Shown piece by piece: positions 27,301 to 32,000 of a DNA stretch of 32,000 nucleotides. The DNA lies in contig SUPR01000003.1 of NCBI GenBank assembly GCA_005191425.1, positions 36,986 to 68,985 on the forward strand, given 5' to 3'. This DNA is from Candidatus Helarchaeota ASGARD archaeon Hel_GB_B (GTDB lineage Archaea > Asgardarchaeota > Lokiarchaeia > Helarchaeales > HEL-GB-B). How positions within the stretch are numbered: the first letter of the stretch is position 1; each line of letters opens with the position of its first letter. Below the pieces are notes generated by a model. It saw nothing but the letters and a program-made list of their open reading frames with translations. It had not been told where the DNA came from and did no database searches. Both the position numbers and the translations under genes were made by a program.

Positions 27301-27397
27301 CTATATCCAATGCGCAGTCCATCCCTGATATCCCGCCTCCGATAATTATTACAGTTGACTTTGCGTCTTTTTCTGTATTTATCTCGCTATATGTCAT
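24323..27397 (-). CDS. hdrA: Double-module HdrA (two FAD modules, ferredoxins), no fused MvhD
   Basis: IGGGISG...FPFDECSAC, ferredoxin insert, CCMFSIK; then IGVFVCHCG, NIREHISMVH, IGGGVAG, CVGCGLCEVVCP, CKGCGICVASCP. Confidence 0.93.
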   Translation of the reverse strand: MTYSEINTEKDAKSTVIIIGGGISGMDCALDIANAGYITYIIEKEQTIGGIYAKIYKIFPFDECSACILTPKMNSVYHHPLINIMTLSEILGVEGSVGNFKVFIHKNPRYVDEEKCTGCQKCIENCPVFIDSEYNFKLCKTHAIYLDFPQQIPLVTTINKNYCINCHMCVQTCPVNAIDHDMEPQDFVLYAGAIIIATGAEEFDPTVKEEYGYGKFKNVITSLTFERLTHPTGPVSAKIIRPSDGKRPKKIVMINCVGARDSQINHNYCNKVCCMFSIKNARNMRLHEPDAEIYICYIDIRVAGKLFEHYYNIAKEQYKITFIRGRVSEIQEDPITKNLILKLNDTLTDNVVELNDIELVVLNCAFVLPESTLKLINRLGIEIDPIDGFIKEKDVNLESILTNIPGIFVIGIAHGPRDGADCIAEAKAAASAVTSLLKLPEIKIKKKKVYDVDEDQIRIGVFVCHCGGVISDVVNSKKVADAVSNLPNVVFTTDYLFMCSNPGQQLIKDSIKKYNLNRVVVASCSPLTHETTFRECVEDVGLSRFYFTGPINIREHISMVHHDYPEIATKKAIEMVRGEIARARYLDKVPLKNISLIPTILIIGGGVAGLSAALDLAKKRFNVIIIEKEEIIGGRLNKLYKTFPKKELARNLLLKLLEQINNFNNIKIFTSTEIVDLNGFIGNFEVSIKLKKENRILKVKVGTILVMVGTKEWTPPKGYYGYGLIKNVMTSLEFQEKLKNNFFSENDSFVFIQCVGSRATKNEPGNEYCSRVCCNFSIINSIILKEELSKSEIYVLYKESIRAFGRYMEENYITSQLMGVNYIRWEPNFPPKVSKAIDSDKIIVKIFDTLLKKELELKIDYVILAVGQEAPDDIENLCKILGITRSEDGFIEELHLKFKPVETKVPGIYTASTFPKDISDTIALARGAASISAIKHKGIEIEMIRADVDIEKCVGCGLCEVVCPYDAISIKDISPFKMISTTDEMKCKGCGICVASCPIGARDLRWWKDVQILNQIDAILKENN

Positions 27398-30300
27398 TTA
27401 TGATTTATCTCCTTAATAGTCTCCATTATATCATTTTCATAAAGTTTATCTATCTTCATCTTAAATTCGTTTATTATCTTTGCAAAAAGTTTTCCTTCAC
27501 TTGCCGAACACCATGACAACTGGAGTCGAACTGGATTTATTCCTGTATATTTTAAAATAATCTTTGCCATTTCAACTCTTCGTTGAGCTTGAAAATTTCC
27601 TGTTAAATAATGGCATTCTCCTAAATTGCAACCTGAGACTAAAACGCCATCTGCTCCAGCTTTAAATGCTTCTAAGATATGCTTTATACTTACACGCCCA
27701 CTACACATTAATCTAATAATTCTAACATTTGGTGCATACTGGAATCTACTTACTCCTGCGTCATCGGCCCCTGCATAAGAACACCAATTACACAAAAATG
27801 CAATTATTCGCGGTTCATGTTTCTTAGTTTTTAATGCAGTCTGCACCATCGAAATTATTTGTTCATCTGTAAAATGTTTCATTGAAATCGCCCCAGCAGG
27901 GCACGCCGCTGCACATGCCCCGCATCCTTTACAGAGTATTGGATTTACTACTGCTTTTACATCATTTTTAGAAATTTCTTCTAATTTAATTGCATTGAAT
28001 GGACAAGTTAATTCGCAAATTTCACAGGTTATACATAAATCTTTATTTACTGTAGCTATTATCGGCTCACTCTTTATTGTGCCCTTTAATAGCGGTATTA
28101 AAGCTCTTGAAGCAGCTCCTAATCCTTGAGATATACTTTCTTTTATTGTCCTTGGGCTTTGACATGTTCCACATAAATATATTCCATCAGTTGCAAAATC
28201 TAAAGGCCTATGCTTAATGTGTGCTTCAAGAAAAAATCCATTATATGAACGAGGGACTTTAATTAAATTTGAAATTTTTTCAGTATCCTCTGCAGGCATT
28301 AATGGTGTAGCTAAAACTATATTATCGACTATTATTTTTACTTCACAATTAAGTGTATTTGTATATGTTCTTATTATAAATTTATCATCTTTTTCCATTA
28401 CTTTTGGTTGATTTTCTCGAGTATACCTTATAAACAAAACGCCTAATCCTCTTATCTCTCTATATAGCTGTTCATCATCTCCATATACATTAATATCTCT
28501 ATATAATATAATTGGTTCAATTTTTGGAAATTTACTTTTAATATATTTAACTAATCTTAAGGTATTACTACAACAAATTGCCGAACAATAAGTAACTCCC
28601 AACCCTTCTTTCATTCGAGATCCAACACATTGAATAAATGCAATTTTTTCAATAGAACTTAATTTTTTAATTCCATTTTCTGATTTTAATAAATTATGAA
28701 ATTCAGTTTGTGTGTAAATATTTTTACTCCTTCCATAGTTAAAAAAGCTTTCTGGAACAAATTCTCGTGCTCCAATTGCTACAATAATTACACCTGGATT
28801 TAATATTATCTCATTATTAGAATTATTTTTTATTTTAACTTTAAAATTACCAATAGACCCTTCTATCTCTTCGATTTCTGCACCTAAATATATCTTACAG
28901 TTCTTATATTTAGTTATTTCATCAATAAATTTATTTATTAAATTTATTGGATCTTGGAGGTTGTTATTTATTCTATGAAGTTTATTCAAATATCCTCCCA
29001 ATTGCTCTTTTTTTTCAATTAAGTATACTTCAATCCCTTTAGATGCAATCAGTCTTGCTGCAGATAATCCTGAAACTCCTCCTCCAATTATTAACGCCGA
29101 TTGATTGACTTTTACCTTAATTTCTAATTGAGGTTCTAAGTATTTAGCCCGGGATATCGCCATTTTTACTAAATCTATTGCCTTTTCTGTTGCTAGAACT
29201 GGTTCATTTATATGAACCCATGAACATTGTTCTCTAATATTTGCAAATTCAAATAAATATGGATTTAGTCCCGCCTCTTTACAAGTATTTCGAAATAATT
29301 TTTCATGTGTTCTAGGAGTACATGCCGCAACTACTAATCTGTTTAAATTAAAATCTTTTATTATATTTTTTATATTATTTTGAGTATCAATTGAACATGT
29401 ATATAAATTAGTAGATGCATATACAACACCTGGAACTGTTTTTACTTCATTTAATATTTTATTAACATCTACTACTCCCGCGATATTTGTACCACAATGG
29501 CAAATAAATACACCAATCCGTAAATTTTTTTTAAAATCTAATTTTTCTTTTAAATCTAATTCCATTTGCTGATTTTTATCGGAAACGCATGCTAATGCAG
29601 CACCAGCGCTTGCATCGGCAACGGAATCTGGAATATCTTTAGGACTCTCACATGCACCGATCATATATACTCTTTCTTTTGATGTTCTGACCGGACTCAA
29701 CATTGATTTTGATTTAAAAAATCCAATTTCATTGGTTTCTATTCCAAAAATACGAGCAATTTCTTTTGTAGATTTCGAAGGAATAATTGATGTACATAGG
29801 ACAATTAAATCCGCATCAGTTTTTTCAATTTTTCCCGTATTTATATTTTCATAATATATTCTCACTTTCCCAGATTTTAATAAACTTTCAACCTCTGAAG
29901 GATATGCCCTAATATATCGTATATTATATTCTTCTTGGGCTCGTTCAACATATTCTTGAAAGCCTTTTCCATATGCCCTCATATCATTAAATAAAACTTC
30001 TATTTCAATGTTTGGATTATGTTCTTTTGCAATAATTGCTTCTTTAGTTGCATACATACAACAAATTCGAGAGCAATATCTATTAAACTTTATATTTCTA
30101 GACCCTACACAGTGTATTATTACAATTTTTTCGGCTGGCTTACCGTCTGATAGTCTTATAATTCTACCACCAGATGGACCTGAAGCACTCATTAGCCTTT
30201 CAAATTCTAATGCTGTTATTACATTTTTTATTTCTCCATATTTATATCTCTTAATAATATTAGGGTCAATCAAATCAAAACCTGTGGCAATAATTACTGA

Positions 30301-30855
30301 TGAAACTTGTAATTCAATTATTTTACCTTCAGGTGAATTATCAAACTCAATTGCACTAGCAGGACAAGTTTTTATACATGATCTACATTGAATACACGCA
30401 TCTTTATCTAAAATTGCTATATTTGGGACAGCTTGAGCAAATGGGATATATATTGCACTTCTCAATCTCAGTCCACAATCAAATTCGTTAGGTACTTTAA
30501 CCGGACAAATCTCTGAGCATTGATTACATCCAGTACATTTTTCCTCATTTACATATCTTTCCTTCCTTCTTATCCTAATTTTAAATCCATCTTCTATAGA
30601 TTCTGCACTTTCTAATTCACTATATGTTAATAAGCGAATATTTGGGTGCCTAGCACATTCTACCATTTTTGGAGCAAGAATACATATCGAACAGTCATTT
30701 GTTGGAAACGTTTTATCCAATTGTGCCATATGACCCCCAATAGATGGCGACTTCTCAACAAGATAAACTTTATTGCCTTGCTCAGCCAAGTCTAGAGATG
30801 CTTGGACACCGGCAATTCCACCACCTATTACCAATACATTTCTATAGATTTCCAA
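27394..30855 (-). CDS. hdrA: Double-module HdrA fused to C-terminal MvhD
   Basis: IGGGIAG...LDKTFPTNDCSIC, ALEFER, CCMYATK; IGVFICHCG, ANIREQCSWVH, IGGGVSG; two C-terminal ferredoxin motifs; MvhD FLCNWCSY, LMCSGR, SGCNLGECHY, WCSASE. TTG start. Confidence 0.95.
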   Translation of the reverse strand: MEIYRNVLVIGGGIAGVQASLDLAEQGNKVYLVEKSPSIGGHMAQLDKTFPTNDCSICILAPKMVECARHPNIRLLTYSELESAESIEDGFKIRIRRKERYVNEEKCTGCNQCSEICPVKVPNEFDCGLRLRSAIYIPFAQAVPNIAILDKDACIQCRSCIKTCPASAIEFDNSPEGKIIELQVSSVIIATGFDLIDPNIIKRYKYGEIKNVITALEFERLMSASGPSGGRIIRLSDGKPAEKIVIIHCVGSRNIKFNRYCSRICCMYATKEAIIAKEHNPNIEIEVLFNDMRAYGKGFQEYVERAQEEYNIRYIRAYPSEVESLLKSGKVRIYYENINTGKIEKTDADLIVLCTSIIPSKSTKEIARIFGIETNEIGFFKSKSMLSPVRTSKERVYMIGACESPKDIPDSVADASAGAALACVSDKNQQMELDLKEKLDFKKNLRIGVFICHCGTNIAGVVDVNKILNEVKTVPGVVYASTNLYTCSIDTQNNIKNIIKDFNLNRLVVAACTPRTHEKLFRNTCKEAGLNPYLFEFANIREQCSWVHINEPVLATEKAIDLVKMAISRAKYLEPQLEIKVKVNQSALIIGGGVSGLSAARLIASKGIEVYLIEKKEQLGGYLNKLHRINNNLQDPINLINKFIDEITKYKNCKIYLGAEIEEIEGSIGNFKVKIKNNSNNEIILNPGVIIVAIGAREFVPESFFNYGRSKNIYTQTEFHNLLKSENGIKKLSSIEKIAFIQCVGSRMKEGLGVTYCSAICCSNTLRLVKYIKSKFPKIEPIILYRDINVYGDDEQLYREIRGLGVLFIRYTRENQPKVMEKDDKFIIRTYTNTLNCEVKIIVDNIVLATPLMPAEDTEKISNLIKVPRSYNGFFLEAHIKHRPLDFATDGIYLCGTCQSPRTIKESISQGLGAASRALIPLLKGTIKSEPIIATVNKDLCITCEICELTCPFNAIKLEEISKNDVKAVVNPILCKGCGACAAACPAGAISMKHFTDEQIISMVQTALKTKKHEPRIIAFLCNWCSYAGADDAGVSRFQYAPNVRIIRLMCSGRVSIKHILEAFKAGADGVLVSGCNLGECHYLTGNFQAQRRVEMAKIILKYTGINPVRLQLSWCSASEGKLFAKIINEFKMKIDKLYENDIMETIKEINHK

Positions 30856-31140
30856 TTTTGCTCATCGGGCTATTTTAAACATAACTCAGCTTATTTAAAA
30901 AACCAAATGTTGAGTTTAAATTTTACAATTATAATTTTTTGACAATTAAAAGAAATATCCAAAAAACATGAATTTTAGAGCCAGACTAACTTTATAATTA
31001 AATTTTCTATATTAATAGTGAATATTTATCATAGTTAAATTAATTTTTATGAAACAATTTAATTATCTTTATTATATAAAAATAATCGTAAGAATGACCA
31101 ATCCACTAACTTAAAAATACAGAAATAAAGGTAATAAATA

Positions 31141-32000
31141 ATGAAAAATAAAATTATTACTTTGTTAACAGATTTCGGAACAATCGACCCATATGTATCC
31201 ATAATGAAAGGCGTTATATTATCAATAAACCCAAATGTAAATATCATAGATATTTCTCATAATGTACCGAAATTTGATATAGTAAAAGGTGCATTTATAT
31301 TATTCAATTCGGGTAGATATTTCCCAGAAGGAACAATCCACGTGATTGTAATAGACCCGGGAGTTGGATCTGAGAGGCTTCCAATTTTAATAAAAACAAA
31401 ACGATATTATCTAATTGGACCTGATAATGGTGTTTTAAGTTTATTAGCTTATAAAGATGGGATTGAGAAAATTTATACTTTAAACAACCCAAAATATTTT
31501 TTAGATCGTGTGTCAATGACATTTCATGGACGAGATATATTTGCTCCAGTTGCTGCACATCTGTCAATGGGTGTAAATCTCTCCGAATTTGGTAACGAAA
31601 TCCAATCCATTAAAAAAATCGATGAAATATATTTTTCTAATCCAATAATAAAAAGTGAATGTGAAATTATTTTTAATATCATTGATATTGATGGATTTGG
31701 AAACATTATAACAAATATTTCTGCAGAAACGATATTAAAATTGATTAAAAAATTAAAAGATAATATAAAAAAAGATGAAAAATTTATTTATATTAAGGTT
31801 TATAAAGGAGTAGATTTTGATGAATCAAAATCATTATCCATAAGTTTTCCATTTAAAAGAACATATGACGATGTAAAAAAAGGAGAATTCTTGGCATTAA
31901 TAGGCAGTCATGGAAATTTAGAATTTTCTCAAAACCAAGATAATGCAGCTAAACACTTCAAAATATTACCTGGAGATAAGTTATGTTTAAAATTATATGG
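31141..32000 (+). CDS. DUF62 SAM hydroxide adenosyltransferase (SAM-dependent chlorinase/fluorinase superfamily); runs off the window
   Basis: Not in the ORF track. From ATG at 31141: MKNKIITLLTDFGTIDPYVSIMKGVI, DISHNV, IDPGVGSER, GPDNG, TFHGRDIFAPVAAHL. No stop before 32000. Confidence 0.93.
   Translation, partial: MKNKIITLLTDFGTIDPYVSIMKGVILSINPNVNIIDISHNVPKFDIVKGAFILFNSGRYFPEGTIHVIVIDPGVGSERLPILIKTKRYYLIGPDNGVLSLLAYKDGIEKIYTLNNPKYFLDRVSMTFHGRDIFAPVAAHLSMGVNLSEFGNEIQSIKKIDEIYFSNPIIKSECEIIFNIIDIDGFGNIITNISAETILKLIKKLKDNIKKDEKFIYIKVYKGVDFDESKSLSISFPFKRTYDDVKKGEFLALIGSHGNLEFSQNQDNAAKHFKILPGDKLCLKLY

Noticed and set aside
27379-27397. hdrA UGA stop (27394-27396) on the same mRNA as the SECIS
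   Set aside because: It is an ordinary ATGA stop/start overlap, 3.5 kb from the SECIS, and readthrough would hit TAA five codons later.
30660-30720. Possible Sec site in HdrA (DCSxC motif, Sec in some Methanococcales HdrA)
   Set aside because: All three module-1 copies encode Cys there (DCSIC, ECSAC, DCFFC); there is no in-frame UGA.
9808-30855. sat next to HdrA/HdrA-MvhD genes as a Qmo-Apr dissimilatory sulfate reduction locus
   Set aside because: No aprAB or dsrAB in the window; sat is coupled to cysC (PAPS route); the HdrA proteins are double-module types with hdrBC rather than QmoABC.
1023-31706. Numerous short ORFs in the track antisense to or overlapping real genes (e.g. 1023-1283, 1646-1981, 13012-13821, 23838-24161, 25248-25709, 31304-31706)
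   Set aside because: They are shadow ORFs of well-supported genes on the opposite strand or in another frame, with no motifs.
31141-32000. DUF62 protein as a halogenase (fluorinase/chlorinase)
   Set aside because: It retains DPGVGSER and TFHGRD, the Asp-Arg-His set of the common SAM hydroxide adenosyltransferases.

Overview
Very AT-rich archaeal window, most likely from an Asgard archaeon (Lokiarchaeia/Helarchaeales-like). That assignment is inferred from a two-domain eukaryote-length Rpo5/RPB5 and a selenoprotein with a eukaryote-type SECIS. Left part: ADP-forming acyl-CoA synthetase alpha subunit (cut by the window edge), the conserved pus10-rpl21e-rpo4-DUF655 string, a stand-alone full-length rpo5, prs, a small J-domain protein and a GNAT/HDAC pair. 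Middle: an RHH-sat-AlkP-cysC operon (PAPS synthesis) with a convergent sulfatase-like gene. Right half (14.7-30.9 kb, minus strand): a large heterodisulfide-reductase locus. It holds three parallel versions of a double-HdrA+MvhD architecture, each split at a different junction, plus a wHTH-ferredoxin protein and hdrCB. A vapBC module interrupts it between two copies of a ~270 bp direct repeat, one copy being a decayed hdrC fragment. The ORF track missed a stand-alone mvhD with an in-frame UGA at a conserved Cys site (selenocysteine). It is followed by an AUGA..AAA..GA SECIS hairpin whose core UGA is the gene's own stop codon. A DUF62 SAM hydrolase runs off the right edge. No rRNA, tRNA, CRISPR array or transposase was recognised.
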